DNA of 64,000 nucleotides from assembly GCA_009103225.1 (NCBI GenBank), contig RHPI01001715.1, forward strand, positions 640,099 to 704,098, written 5' to 3'. Made by a program: the position numbers and the translations under genes. Of this stretch, positions 51,151 to 64,000 are shown in pieces. The notes below the pieces were generated by a model. The model did no database searches. It saw only the letters and a program-made list of their open reading frames with translations, and had not been told where the DNA came from. The first letter of the stretch is position 1, and each line of letters starts with the position of its first letter. This DNA comes from Chlorokybus atmophyticus (lineage: Eukaryota > Plantae > Mesostigma and Chlorokybus algae).

Positions 51151-51309
51151 CGCCCCTTGCAATGCACTCAGCTACTTGCACATAGGTAAGTTGCAGGTGT
51201 GAAGCCCCCACATGAATTCATTGGCTTGCTGCCCTATTCAGTCTGCTTTTTGCTTGCTGCGTGTGCGTGTGTGCATGCATGACACTTTCCTCTGCCCTAT
51301 TGAAAAGCA

Positions 51310-53090
51310 TATACAAATTAAGGCCTTAGCAAAGACATGTGAAGCATGTGGCTTACGCAATGCAAAGCGGTCGTAAAAGTATAGCAAGTTCTGTAGGAAT
51401 GTGCTTACATGAACCCAACTTTTCACCTTTCCAAAATCTACTAGTAAGCCACAGCATGTGTAACAAGTGGGCTCCGACGAAAGCGGACGCTAGAGCTGCG
51501 CAGCTTGAGGAGGCCGCTGAGCATGCCGCTGGAGGTTGGGCCGATGGTGGGCAGAACGGCGCGGCCGACAAGAGGCGTGCTCCAAAGGCTAGGCCTACGC
51601 AGCCTGCCCCTATAGCTACGCAGCTGGTGCCGCCGCTGAAGTCACGTGCAAAGACTGGCTGAGCGTGACACTGTGATGGAGAAGCAGGGCGTGACCCTGG
51701 AAGACGCTGCACAGCCCGTTGTGAAGCTACCCAATGTGCCACGCCGTTGCTGTAGCAAAGGGGAGGCATTGTTATCTGAGGAGGAAGAGGAGGTGATGAA
51801 AAAAAGGCACAAGAACAAGGAGAACAAAAAGAAGAAAAAAAAGGTTTTCACACACAAAAAAAAACGCACGTCCTCATTGTCATCGACTTCGTTACGTCAT
51901 CAAGCTAATTCTCAAATGATGACAGCTATAACGCTTTTGCCCAGCATACAACATGCATCAAGGAAACCGGCTTTACCAAGCGACTGTTCAGGAACACGGA
52001 GGCGTGTGCATTGTGGGAAGAGCATCGTTCGCGCAAGCTCTCGCCTGGCGTGCAAGCCGGCTTTAAAGCAATCGATCGCGCCCTTTTCACAGGTCCTCCA
52101 GTGTTACAGATGGTGGCATTTCTTTATCAGATAGTGCTCACGCATGTGCACGATAGCCTGTACTTTGCAACAGCTTTTGCGTCGGGTGCGCGTGGTATTA
52201 TGATGCCCGCATTCATGAATGCCCGCATCGCCCGCGACAAGGAAGACAAGATCATCTCCCGCCTCACCAAGCTCGCCAACACCTTCCAAGGCAAAGCTGC
52301 TAAGGAAAAGGCAAAGACGTCCGCTTCTCTGTAAGTTTACTTGTTGTTTGCAAGCTAATATTGTCAACTTGTCAACTGGTTAATTACCACATTCGTTGCA
52401 AGTGTTGGCACTATTGTAAGTGCACAGTAAGCACCGCAATGCGCAGCTGCTATATAATATGTGCAATGCACACAAGACACTGAAAGTGCACAATGTGCAA
52501 TAATTAAGTTGCACAATGTGCGCATCACCTGTGCTTATGGCTGCACACAGTGTGCATGCAGTCCCTTATTAGTCATACAGCCGCACAATGTGCGCATGCA
52601 TCGCGCATAGCGCCTACTCACAAGGCTGCACACAATGTGCATGCAGCCCTTTGTTGGTGCAGCTACAAGGTACGCATGTAGTGGTCATTGTTGGCAATGC
52701 TTAGCTTGTAAAACATAAGAGGGCAGAGTGCTTAGCCGTGCCTCTTATGGCTGCACACAATGTGCATGCAGCACTGCAGCATGGCATGCTTACAAGCCTC
52801 ACGTGATATATGTGACACATCACGATTGTGTGCAGGCAGGCGCTCGGTCGCTGAAAAGGGAAATACCCAGTTCCAGCGTGGCCGCGGTGGTGGTGGCTAC
52901 AGTCGCGGTGGTCGTGGTAGTTACGGTTGCGGAGGCGGCTATTACGGTCAGCAAGCTGCACCCGCTCAGCAGGAAGCATACTATGTCCCCGTGCAAAAGC
53001 AGCCACACTTAGCATTACAGCAGCGAGTTGAGCCCAGTATAGCTGCTGAGTCGCTATATTGCAGTGGTAGTGCATGTCGAGAGGTGCCGG
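51310..53090 (+). pseudogene. Decayed gag-like/ORF1 region of the DIRS element, with an intron-like interruption
   Basis: Fragments: KTCEACG..NAKRS*..KFC (zinc-ribbon-like), K-rich and S-rich tracts, a helical core ...RDKEDKIISRLTKLANTF, and an RGG/Y-rich tail after a GTAAGT...CAG segment (52331-~52841). Assignment is by position upstream of pol and by composition only. Confidence 0.45.
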
Positions 53091-53519
53091 TGCTGGTGTA
53101 TATCATGACACAATGCGCACGCGCGCATGTATGCATGTGTGCGCAACCGCGCATGTATGCTGGTTTAGATCATGTACCATAGTGTATCATAAGTCCAGCT
53201 CTTCACTGTTGACAATGTCATGTGCATGATGCACAGCTGTATGTTGCGTAGCAGGTGCATTTCGTATCAGCTCACGCTGATACTGAATTCGGGCATGGTC
53301 TAATTGACTGGCATGTGTGCAGACATAGCACACCTATGACCGTTAGCTACTAGTGAGATTGGCGAGGATGACTGCATGCAGGCAGAGTGAGATCCTGTAA
53401 TGCCAGCATTGGCAGTAGACCCTTTATCCCCATCAGAGGAGCACACTTATGTGATGCCACTAGTGCAACACACTGCTGCGAGCAAACCCGCTGCACATCA
53501 AGAAGAAGACAATCGTTCC

Positions 53520-55611
53520 ATATATGCGGAGTTGCCACAAGTGGCGAGTGCCTTTTCAGAATGTCCCACCTCTACAACTTAATGGGCAGAGCAGCTATGC
53601 ATTGAAACTTTGCGGAGAACTTTATAGCAGCCTATTGCAGCAACAGCTTGCAGCCTGGAGCACTTGCGTCCAATTAAATATGCAAGGCAAAAAGGCATTT
53701 GCGCTTGACTGGTTGCGTTATGGGTATCGGATTACAATGGGTAGGCACTCAAGTATCGCATCGACTCAAGCGAGAAGAAGCACATGCGCTGTTAAAGGCC
53801 GAAGGCTTCGTTGTTGACGATATTACAACTATCTTGTCACGCAATTCTCCAACACTAGTGGTGAAAACTGCGAGTCCGCCTCTATACATTGCGATTACGT
53901 TGTCAATAAATTGGCGAATTTGGTGACAACAGCAGCAGCTCTTTGTCGTTGATGCGCATAGCGTGGTGGTGGTTATTAGCATAGGTGTGGTCCAGCAAGA
54001 AAAACGTTCAAGGCTCATTATGGATTTGAGGTATATCAACCACTTTTTGCGTAACATCCTTTCACCTATGAGCGTTTACGAGATGTTTTATTGAACACGC
54101 ACCATTTTCAAGCAAGTAATAGCGGATCAAAAGTCGGGTTATCGTCATGTGCCCATGAGGACAGCAAGCCTTACTTGGCTTTGCAATTTGTTGGAGTCAC
54201 ATATAGATGGAATGTGCTGCCATTCGGCCTGAATTAAGCATGCTGGTTGTTCACGAACAACTGTCTTCACGCCTTTACGGGCAAAGGGGTTTTTCGTGCC
54301 TTGCCTATATTGACGACATGCACTTTAGCCATTGCAATCGTTGGCATTTGTGCTAGCGCATTCGCCGCATGCTGCGCCTATTTACGACGCTTGGCATATA
54401 TATTTTTGTGAAGAAAAGACAATTGTGGCCCTGAGTAAGTGGTGCAGTTCTTTGGTCTGCTCGTAGACACAGTAACCAGCCTTTGTTTCCAGTCCCTCAA
54501 GCAAGCTGGCCAAGCTTTTGCAGCTGATAAAAGAATTAGCAGAGGCTCTGATATTTACGAAACGTCACCTAGCACGCATTGCTGGCAAATTGATCGCGTT
54601 GAAGCTAGCATTTGCACCTGCAAGCATTTATGCTCGCTAGTTGATGCGTCTGGCATTGGCCACACTGTCTCTCTGGCAGATGCATAGGACAATGTGATAC
54701 GGGCGCCTTCAGACACTTTCGTGATTGGCCTGCTGCTGGCTTGCAGACATTCAATGGCAATGCTTGGTGAAAGCCGCCTGTACTGTTGAAGCTGCATGTG
54801 GATGCTTCTGGTACAATTGGATGGGGGGCGACAGGGCCTTGGCCTTGCATGGCAGGCAGCTTCAAGCCCAAGTATAGGTCTACCTTTGGCCGTAAAGGAG
54901 GCACTAGCTTATGTGCAAACGTATATTGAAGTGGCGCGCACGCATGATCTCCAGCTTTATACAGTGCGCATCATTGGCAATCGTCAACTAGCAATTTAAA
55001 CAAGATGTCTGCTTCTGAGCCTCACATGCTGCAGGCTTTACATCAGCTGCGGTCTTTGTGCTGGGAGCGTGATATTGCACCAACATGTGTGTGGCGCTCG
55101 CGTGATGCGCTGCGCGATGCTGATGCATTGACCAAATTTATTGATTGAGGGAATTGGGCCCTGACTCAAGATGCAATTGCACATGTACAGCAGCATGTTG
55201 GACACCCAACATTGGATTGTTTTGCAGCTGATTGGAACAGCCAAGCACCCGCTTATTTCAATTACATACACATGCCTGGCAGCTTGGGTAATGCTTTAAC
55301 TACAAACCGGCTTAATTTCCACAGGCTGAAGAGGCGGCTTTGTTTTGTGTCACCCTTCATTAGCTCTCCTGCATGAAGCCATAGCGTTAGTGCAGTATTA
55401 CCAGCTGCCAGCTGTGATGTTGGTGCCTGAATGGCACCCTGTTGTGTGGTGGCCAGTGTTCCGCAACTGTCAATTTACTTATGTTGAGAGATCAGGCTCA
55501 CGGATTGAATGGTTTAAACGGGGTGCGCGAGTACCCCAAAACAGCATCAGCCCTGGACGCTATTCGTGCATTTGTGCTTTTGTGCAATGGGTAAGTGTAC
55601 CTTTCGTGTAG
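53520..55611 (+). pseudogene. Decayed RT-RNase H-DNA adenine methyltransferase-like (pol) ORF
   Basis: DWLRYGYRI, KRSRLIMDLRYINHFL, DQKSGYRHVP, RWNVLPFGL, AYIDD (54306-54317), FFGLLVDT, RNase H HVDASG..GWG (54801), and MT-like W.LT...TLDCFAADWNSQ...HPSLALL...MLVPEW..VVWWP. Confidence 0.88.
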
Positions 55612-57549
55612 ATAACGGTGCATGATGGCGGAACTTCTCCATGTACCTTGAGCTTGTATTTCTTTTAGAATAACTCCAGCATGGAAGGCGCTCTGCGCGG
55701 CAGTATGCCTGAAAGAGTGCAACCCCAGGTGCGGCCTGTATGTGCCACACGCCTTGCAGCATCGCACAACATGGCATGCACAGTTGCTGGATATGCTATG
55801 TTCTTCTCACTGTAACCTTTTCTTGGCAATCGGCCGAAATAGAGTACCAGCGGTGATGGCGAAGCAGCTTTCACAACAGTAGGTTGGATAGGCATGTAGC
55901 ACTTCAAAGGACCTCCACAAGCAGACCATTGCTGCGCACTTGTATCGTAACAGTCAAGGCCAAATTTCGTGATTTTCATGGCCATTTTAGGCCTTATTTG
56001 TGAGGTATCGTGTTTTTCATGACTTGTGGCGGATATCGGCGAGTTGCGAGTCTGCCGCAGATATCGTCCAGCCCAGGGCCAGTCTCGAAGACGCCAGGAA
56101 ACGGAGGGCCAGTCGAAAAGAGCTCGACCAGATTTTTGGAAGGGCTTGGCGCCAAGTAGTAAAACTTGACCATATAAGCAGCAAATGAGCATCTTTGGTG
56201 CGTCGGAAAAGTGTAGAAGTGTACTACAAGATTTTGCAAGAATATTTTAGCTTCTAGTTCCGTCTAGCGCTGGAATCATCTAGACAGTAGCATGTACTGA
56301 CTGGTAGGTAAAAAAGTGACATTCTACAATTTGCAATACAACCTTTAGCTCCCTAGTTTTTTGTGTGCAAGCCTGGTGGTGGTTAGCAGGGGTTGCTAGC
56401 GTGTGTCCACTGGTGTGTGCTTGCTTGTATGACGATCCAAGGCGCTAAACGAGTCGGTGTGTAGCTTGGAGCGCATGCGCATGCGTACGCGAGTGGCGGG
56501 GCGCGCATGTGTGCTTGGCAGAGGGGGCAAGATGCCGGTGTGAATACCGTGTCTTTGTGAGAGGGTTGTTGATTGGACCAACTCACAGATGACAAGGTAC
56601 GAGCACCGTCACATGTATGGTTCATACAATAACAGAGTACAGTGGCTGTGCTCTGGCGCGACTATGCACTTTGTGTGTACCTGTGGTGCACATGGCAATG
56701 GGGTGGTGAAGGGGCGCGTTTACGGATGCATGAGATACAAGCGGCAGGATCCGGGCTGTCGGCGACTGTATCCACTGTTGCCAGGAACCTGGATACAGTG
56801 GATACAGTGGCCGTCAGCCCGGATGCTGCCGCTTGTATCTCATGCATCTGTAAACGCGCTCCTTCACCACCCCGTTGCCATGTGCACCACAAGTACACGC
56901 AAAGTGCATAGTTGAGCCAGAGCGCAACCTTGTCACATGTGATTATCAATGGCTGAGGTAGGGTACACAGCTGCTGGAAGCACTGGATCAGCATGCGCAG
57001 GTCATCAATTGCCAATGACACAGCAGAAATAGGTTGAACGCCTTGCCGAGCGGCAATCTTGACATACCCTTGACGGAACTCGCGCACGTCTACAGACAAA
57101 AGCGAGTTTTCAGTAGACGTGTTGCTGTCCCGGGATGATGCGTTCTAGCAATCTGAACGAGCATGTGAGATGTGAGATCACACTGTCAAGTGACATGCTA
57201 GCGATCATGCAATGGCCATGGCGGTCGACCCTGAGAGCTTTGCCAATGTGTGTGTCGGTACAATGCTAAGCAAAGTAGCTTGTGATGGCAGCGGTAATGT
57301 TGAGCTCTGGATGTTGCAGGTAGTTGGTAAACTCTTGCCAACGCGATCGCGTTGATAGCGGGTGTCATTAGATACAGCTGCGCAGCTGATGCGCTCCATT
57401 TCCAGCAGCGTTGACATCACTCGCTCGTGCAGAATGCAGCTAATTACTTGTTGAGGACGAGCTGTTGCGCATGTCGCGCGTTGAGCGTTAATGTTGCATA
57501 CGTATTGATATTGTTGTGCGTTGAGCAAAGTGTTGCAAGCACTGTGCAA
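55498..57549 (-). pseudogene. Decayed tyrosine recombinase, split by a fold-back duplication and an intervening segment
   Basis: N-terminal part: REFRQGY...LW(R)DYALCVYLWCTWQRGGEGARL (box I Arg). C-terminal part: GLHSFRHTAA (HxxR, 55708-55719) and QGTWRSSAIMHRYL (catalytic Tyr ~55613). Confidence 0.85.
56644..56929. repeat. Long imperfect palindrome: 142-bp arms, 2-nt loop, 14 mismatches, no indels
   Basis: Arms 56644-56785 and 56788-56929 aligned by hand; centre ccagg-aa-cctgg. Confidence 0.92.
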
Positions 57550-58127
57550 AGTCCATTTGCAAAGGGATCAACCACGGTCAGACAACATAACACAAACATT
57601 GTGATTTTGCAACTTTGGCAATGCAGTGCAGGCTCCACATCTGCAACTCTTCCCTACCAACATATGCTTGAGAGGGTGAGGTAAAATGTTCACTGCATTC
57701 ACAGTTGTTCATCGTGTAAACCATAGTCATAACGATGAATGTGTTGCATTGCATGGCTTAGGTATTCTTGCCAAAGTTGGACTGTAGGTAGAATTATTGT
57801 TTGTGACAAAAGGATGTACATCGTTCATCGTGTGCAAAGTAGTATAATGGGCGTCGCAGGCCCAGACGTCCCGTTCAGCCTGGCGACATAATCAAGATTA
57901 CCGGTAGGTTGCTGTAAGGTGCACGCGGACCAATCATGCAAATTGAACCGCAGGCACTTTCACCTATTGTTATACGCACAAGGCAGCTTGCAACATGCCA
58001 CTCCTATAACCAGCTACCGACATGCACCAGGTCCAGTGCTGCTGGCTGGTTGCCGGTGGAGGAGGCGGCGAACGAGGCGGCGACCAACCGGCTGTCGGGG
58101 TCGGGGTCGGGGTCATCCCCTGCGGGA

Positions 58128-61100
58128 ATGCGACGGGTTACGCCCTGCTCAGCGAGCAGCGAACGGCTGGTGAGCGTGTCGCTTGAAGCGCCAAACGCGG
58201 CTTAGCACAGCCCCTTTCATCTGCCACGGTTGCTTGGGGCTGCGTAGCATTGCCGTAGAGAGGAAAGCGGAGCTAGAAAACAACATATCTGTCTGTATCA
58301 TGCTCGGCTGCTGCTGTCTATTCCTTGCATGGTGCTTGCACCGGCACAGCACGCGTGGTCATGTGATGTGACATTACCGCAAGGCTGTCACATCACACAC
58401 ACAGAACGCACGTCCACCCGACGCGCATGGGCAGCTGGAATACCCTCGGGCATTGGTCTTATCATGCGCAGTGTGCATGCAAAGCTGTCAGTTGGTTGGC
58501 ACTTGCGGTGCTCTCGGGCGGTGGTGGTGCACGCTTGTAGGCGTGCACACTCGTAGGCGGCACCTCGGGCTATCGTTGTTGTGTCGGACAGCCAGGCTTT
58601 GGGCAGAAGCCACTTAGAAGTTGTGTGGTTAGTGCGCCTGTGTGTTTTAGTAATTGTGCTGTTTCCGTCCGGCTTGCGAGTTGCAGCATAGCAAGCAATG
58701 GGCGTTACTCAGCGATGGTAAGCACTCTGGACGTCCTAACCATGCAGCCACGTTTTGTTGTCTTTGCCTGTGCCTGTGTAAACAACAGTCCTGCTGCCTG
58801 GTGCGATTTCTGCATTGCAACATCAGCGATGGCTTTCCTGTGGAACAATGACACATGCACTTTGTGACCCGCCAGCCTGACTGTGTCTTGCCTTAAGGCT
58901 TTGGTCTTGATGAACTGTGCTCAAACGTTGCGGGTGCTGGCAGGCTGAAGCCCAAGGCTTCCCACTGGCAGCCTGCTGTACAGCTGTCGCTGCTGCTTCA
59001 GCTGCTTCTGCTGACGGTGTCCAGCCATCCATATTGCGCTGCCGCCGCTGCAACGCCAAGGCGCCTGCTGCTCCAGCAACTGGCTGCAGATGTGCCACAG
59101 GCGACGGCTTCTGCGGCTGAAGCGCAGGCTTGCAAGCGGATTGATCCTGATGGAGACTATTCCATCTGGGAGTCCCCCAGCTATGCAAACTGGAGTAGGT
59201 GAGGGTGTACTATGCTTGCATGTAGCTTGATTCTTTCCATGGCAGGGGTGTGGTTACTGCCGTGTCCATTCTGGCAGTTCAATCCTGTCAGACGCGCTCA
59301 TAAAGTCCTGCGCTGATCCCGGTCGCTCTGCTCAGTCGTGCAGAGAGGTCGCGTGTACATGTGCACCATGCCAGCAGGGTGCTCTCATACTATTGAGTGT
59401 GTGTGCATGAATGCATGGGCGCTGTCTTGTGTCACTGATCTCTCATGGAAGTGCGGTGGCATCACTCGTTGTGGCGTTGAATGAGTATGCTGGTTTGCAT
59501 TTATCAGGAGGCTGCCTCATGGAGAAGGTGCAGAGGCCCATCCTGAGCAGTGGAGAAGGCATATGTATTGTGGAACAGGAATGTGGAATGCCCGTGGCAC
59601 GGACACTCCAGGTCAGTAGACCTCAGCACCCTGCTTGTCTGCAATAATAATAAGAACATAGTCCATGTCAGTTGAAGTTGGTCGTAGTTGATATACTGAC
59701 GTGCAGTTGGTCGCAGGCTTCATTCGCGCTATGCTCGGAGATGTTTTGTCTTATTTTGAGACCCCTGTCATGACTGCTGTTCGCTTGATTCTTCTGGTGA
59801 GCATTACATCACTATCCTAGAAAGTTTACCTGTCTCTGCCAGTGCTAAAGCGCATAGCGGCGCGCGCTTCGCGGGCTTTGTGTACAGCATTTCCCTAACA
59901 ACAACTGTTGTCTAGAACCAAAGTGACCAAATCAGCAAGTATGTGTACCCGTCTGAGGAAGATAAGCAATGGAAAGGCGAGAAGAACTACGATCGCTTCA
60001 TTCAGTGGCGCGTCCCCACTTTGCAGGAAAAGGTCTGTATACATCAGTCATGTTTGGCAGGTAACCGTGGTTGCTGTGGCTTAAAAGCAGTGCTTGTGCA
60101 TTCTCCTCAGTCGTTTTCTCTTTGCAGGTGAAACCGGTGCCAGGCTTGAGTGAGGCAGCAGCCATGTGCCGTGCGCGTGTGTACATGGACACGCGATTTC
60201 TTGCGGTCTCTCGCGGTCACGATGGCGAACTCCAAGCATCATTGTGGGAAGGGTCACTGGATGAAGGGCATGACACGGTGCGTTTATGTGCCTGCGTGAT
60301 GGAGTGCTACTTAGTGCACAAGTTGTCAATAGCCAGGGATACGCAATGCGCTTTAAGCCGCAACCGCCTGTCGCATCGCCCAAGTACACTATAGCAGGAC
60401 TTGAGCTGTGGTCTACTTGCTAGTGCCCCTCAACTTGTGCTATTTGCAGCTGTACACAACAGTCTGGCAACAGGCCACCATTGGTCCCAACCCGTATGGG
60501 CCAAACTCAGCGACTTTCTTCCCGGACGTTGACCACCGCGGCATTAATGTGGTGCGTTGAACATGTTTGCAACACCATCACCATTTGACACCATTTAAAT
60601 GCTTGCCTGGCAACGCGGGTTTGTGTCCGGTTGAAACTGCTTGTTCAAACATAGTATTGAAAACAAACTACTGTACGTCTTGTGTGCGTCGTCTCCAGGA
60701 GCAATGGGCAGATCAGTTTCGCAATATGAAGGGTGAGAACTCGTGCTCCGACCTGGGCGAAGTCCTCACTCCAGGGTACCTTGAGAGCAGCATGGTGTCG
60801 TCGTATGAGCTTCGCGACAAAAGGTTCCGCATCTACCCAGACAAGTTCTTCTGGCAGCCGCATGTGCTGCCCGTCGCAATACAGGCTGGTTTCTACAAGG
60901 TAAGGTTCCAGTTGTCACCACAGTGGCCACAGATCAGCCTCACCTGTGCTTGTGTTTGCATGCAACCTTCCCACAGAACATCTCTGCAAGAGTCTGCTGC
61001 ATCATAATGGGACCTTCATTACGCATCAGTGTCTGCCAACATGCATGGAGGGACAGGCACTTATGGGGGAGCTGACAGTGCTGCTTGCAGGTGTGGGAGC

Positions 61101-62044
61101 GCTATACTGGGTTGGCGAATGCACTGCTCGTGGATGGAACAGCAGATGCACAGAACCCCACCTTCTGCGTGGAACCCGATGCAAGTGGACGGCTGATGGT
61201 TTGCGACTTTATCCGCATGACTGGCTGTGGCGAAGTCGTGCCTGATGCACCTCCTCATCACGCGATCCTCAGCGATAAACCTGCCAATGTAATGCAATCC
61301 ACATGTCTAACAGCTCGCAGTAGAATCTCATGCTTCCGACCTATGTTGCTGTCAGGTCTGTTGCACCTAGTTGATGACTACCCTCATGGTTTTGTTGGTT
61401 TCAAATCTGTTTGCTGCAGGTGGTTGGCATAGTACTCGCAACTCCTATGGAAACAGGAGATGCTGCATCAGACGCCATTGCAAAGGTGCGATGGTGCGCT
61501 GCAGCGGAACTCCTGCGCGGTCACGCACCAACAGACAAGCTGCCTGACGGTTATGTCATCCCGCCAGCTGCTGAGGAAGCCGTGCACAACGCTGTCTACA
61601 TGGACAAGACCTTGAAGGCGCAGCTGCTCCGGGTCGGCGAAACTGGCTGGGCAGATGCCAGCATATGCCAAAGGGTAAGCTCATCCTGTCCCGCTGCTCA
61701 CTCCATCACACGTTGCAACAAACAAGTTGACCATACTGACTTGGTTGCGCATGCACGCACACACGCATGTGAGCATTGGCTTGATCATCTGTGTTGGACT
61801 GGGATAAGTCAGGGATGATTGCGCCTTCGTGATTGTGCCGTATCAGCGGTTTCTGAACAAGGTGATTTTCTAAGTGATGACGCTTCCTTCCTTCCCACAG
61901 GTCCTGCAGGAGTTTCACGCCAAGCAGCTGCCGAAAGCAGCGCTCCTACCCATGTCCGCATTCAGCCAGACGCTGGATGCTGCTGCTCTTCAGGGCGCAC
62001 ACACCAGCTTGCAGCAGATTGTAGGAAGCGCTGTGGCGCATTGA
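58128..62044 (+). CDS. Multi-exon hypothetical protein with N-terminal hydrophobic anchor/signal, no recognised domain
   Basis: About 12 GT-AG exons join in a consistent phase: MRRVTPCSASSERL|HSKQWALLSD|...LSLLLQLLLLTVSS...|...YDRFIQWRVPTL...|LYTTVWQQATIGPNPY...|...VLQEFHAKQL...AVAH*. Confidence 0.7.
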
Positions 62045-63337
62045 TCTTGAAGGTGGATCGCGGAAGGCCGAAACAAGGGGTACATGTTGGTGAACCTTTG
62101 TACAGACAACATTCTAGGAGACGTGTCGCTGGTCATTGTTTGGTTGATCCTCAGCTCTTGAGTTAGTCTTGGCTGATCACAGCCGTCCATCATGGTTGTG
62201 TTTATCTGTGTAGTTGCACGTGTTCAGCGTACTGGGTGCTAATTGTTGATGGTTGTAGAGTACTGACTGTTTTGCTCATCAAGGTCAGTTCAGTAGCACA
62301 TGGGATTCTACCTTTTATCAAGCCACCACAGTGTGATTATGTACCCGTGGTGAGTTGTGGGAAACGGAAATTGTAGGATGGGGCTGCTTGCATTTGATCA
62401 AGACAGTTGGTATGCATTGCTGTGCATGCACCATCATTTCGTGGAGGCAACACTTATTTGTATGGTGAAACTTACTCTGCATGTGAACAGAGATAAGCCA
62501 CTGCTCCCGTATCGTACGCAGGCAGCCACACAGGCAAGCATGCAAACAAAAGCCAGCATTGCGAGGTTGGCAAGCAACAATCCAATGCAGGCCTGCCTAG
62601 TTGCGTGCTCTTTGAAGCAACGAGAGGAGGATTGTCTGGGTGGGAGTGGTTGAACTACCCGAGTACAGAGGTAAGTTTGGCAGAACGTTGCATGCAGTGC
62701 AGTGGGCATGGCAGTAACACCGCCAGTAGCCCATGCAATGGTGATGGTGTAAAGTTCAGCGGGCCTGCCACGGAATAGTGCAAAGCCGCCATTGTGACAG
62801 TGGCAAAGTGGTCTTGAGTAAGAGCAGTGCAGGCCAGTGCCATCATCATCTTCAATGCCACTGCAGGGGGTAACATATGACCAAGACCACAAGCGTCATA
62901 CGTGCACAAGTGCTCCAATTGCGGCTTTGTTACAATGAATTTGTGCCACTACGCTCGCTTCCCATGCAGTTTGTGTCGCAACCACTACAGATATGTTGCT
63001 CACTTTGGTTTGCTGCGCTGACTGCAGCAAAGGAGTAGCGTCAGATATGGCAGATGCACAAGCTCTTGAACCTCATCACCATTCACATAGCATGACCGAC
63101 TGTGACCAACAGGGCTGTACATCTAGTTGCTTTCTTCACACGGTCACACGCAGTTCATTTATGGAAACCCCGTAAACTCCACCAAAGAACAGATGGTTAA
63201 CTCAGACTCAACACTGTGATGCCCGCAAGTGTGTATCATTCAGCTGACCAAAATCGGTGCCGCAACTAAACTTGCACGCACTACCCCTTGCTAATCACGC
63301 ATCTCTATAACAAACAACCACTCACACCAGTCCATAT

Positions 63338-64000
<663 letters not shown>

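Larger units (their letters stand above)
51300..57560. mobile_element. Degenerate DIRS/PAT-type tyrosine-recombinase retrotransposon (boundaries approximate)
   Basis: Gag-like, RT, RNase H and methyltransferase-like fragments on +, tyrosine recombinase fragments on -. Many stops and frameshifts; termini not identified. Confidence 0.8.

Noticed and set aside
53040-53090. Possible decayed CCHC zinc knuckle at the end of the gag-like region
   Set aside because: Requires assuming several indels; too speculative to report.

Overview
Eukaryotic, intron-rich nuclear DNA. Genes are GC-rich, with several visibly AT-richer intergenic islands and one assembly gap (N at 9835). It is most likely a green alga (Viridiplantae). 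The support is plant-type NDUFB10, ACBP-ankyrin, NUP50 and EamA homologues, AAACCCTA telo-boxes near 5' ends, and a Chlamys-type retroelement. The species cannot be determined from the sequence. I reconstructed about 17 spliced host genes by hand: a ceramidase-like membrane protein, MMADHC/CblD-like, DUF1499, ACBP-ankyrin, an EamA transporter, a PHD+SAP30 protein, SDH2, NUP50-like, a RING-CH ligase, Ssu72, NDUFB10, UDP-glucose 4-epimerase, a WD40-like protein, a Cys-type SelM, two orphan proteins and the 3' part of porphobilinogen synthase. Ten of them form five head-to-head pairs. Two retroelements stand out. (1) An apparently intact Penelope-like element (41373-45099, minus strand) has the permuted N-terminal GIY-YIG / CxC / RT order, a perfect 32-bp flanking direct repeat and a candidate 5'-UTR intron. 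(2) A decayed DIRS/PAT-type tyrosine-recombinase retrotransposon (~51.3-57.6 kb) has gag-like and RT-RNase H-methyltransferase regions on the plus strand and the recombinase on the minus strand. The recombinase is split by a 142-bp-arm fold-back palindrome. No rRNA, tRNA or CRISPR array was recognised. Product names come from motif recognition by eye; no database search was run.
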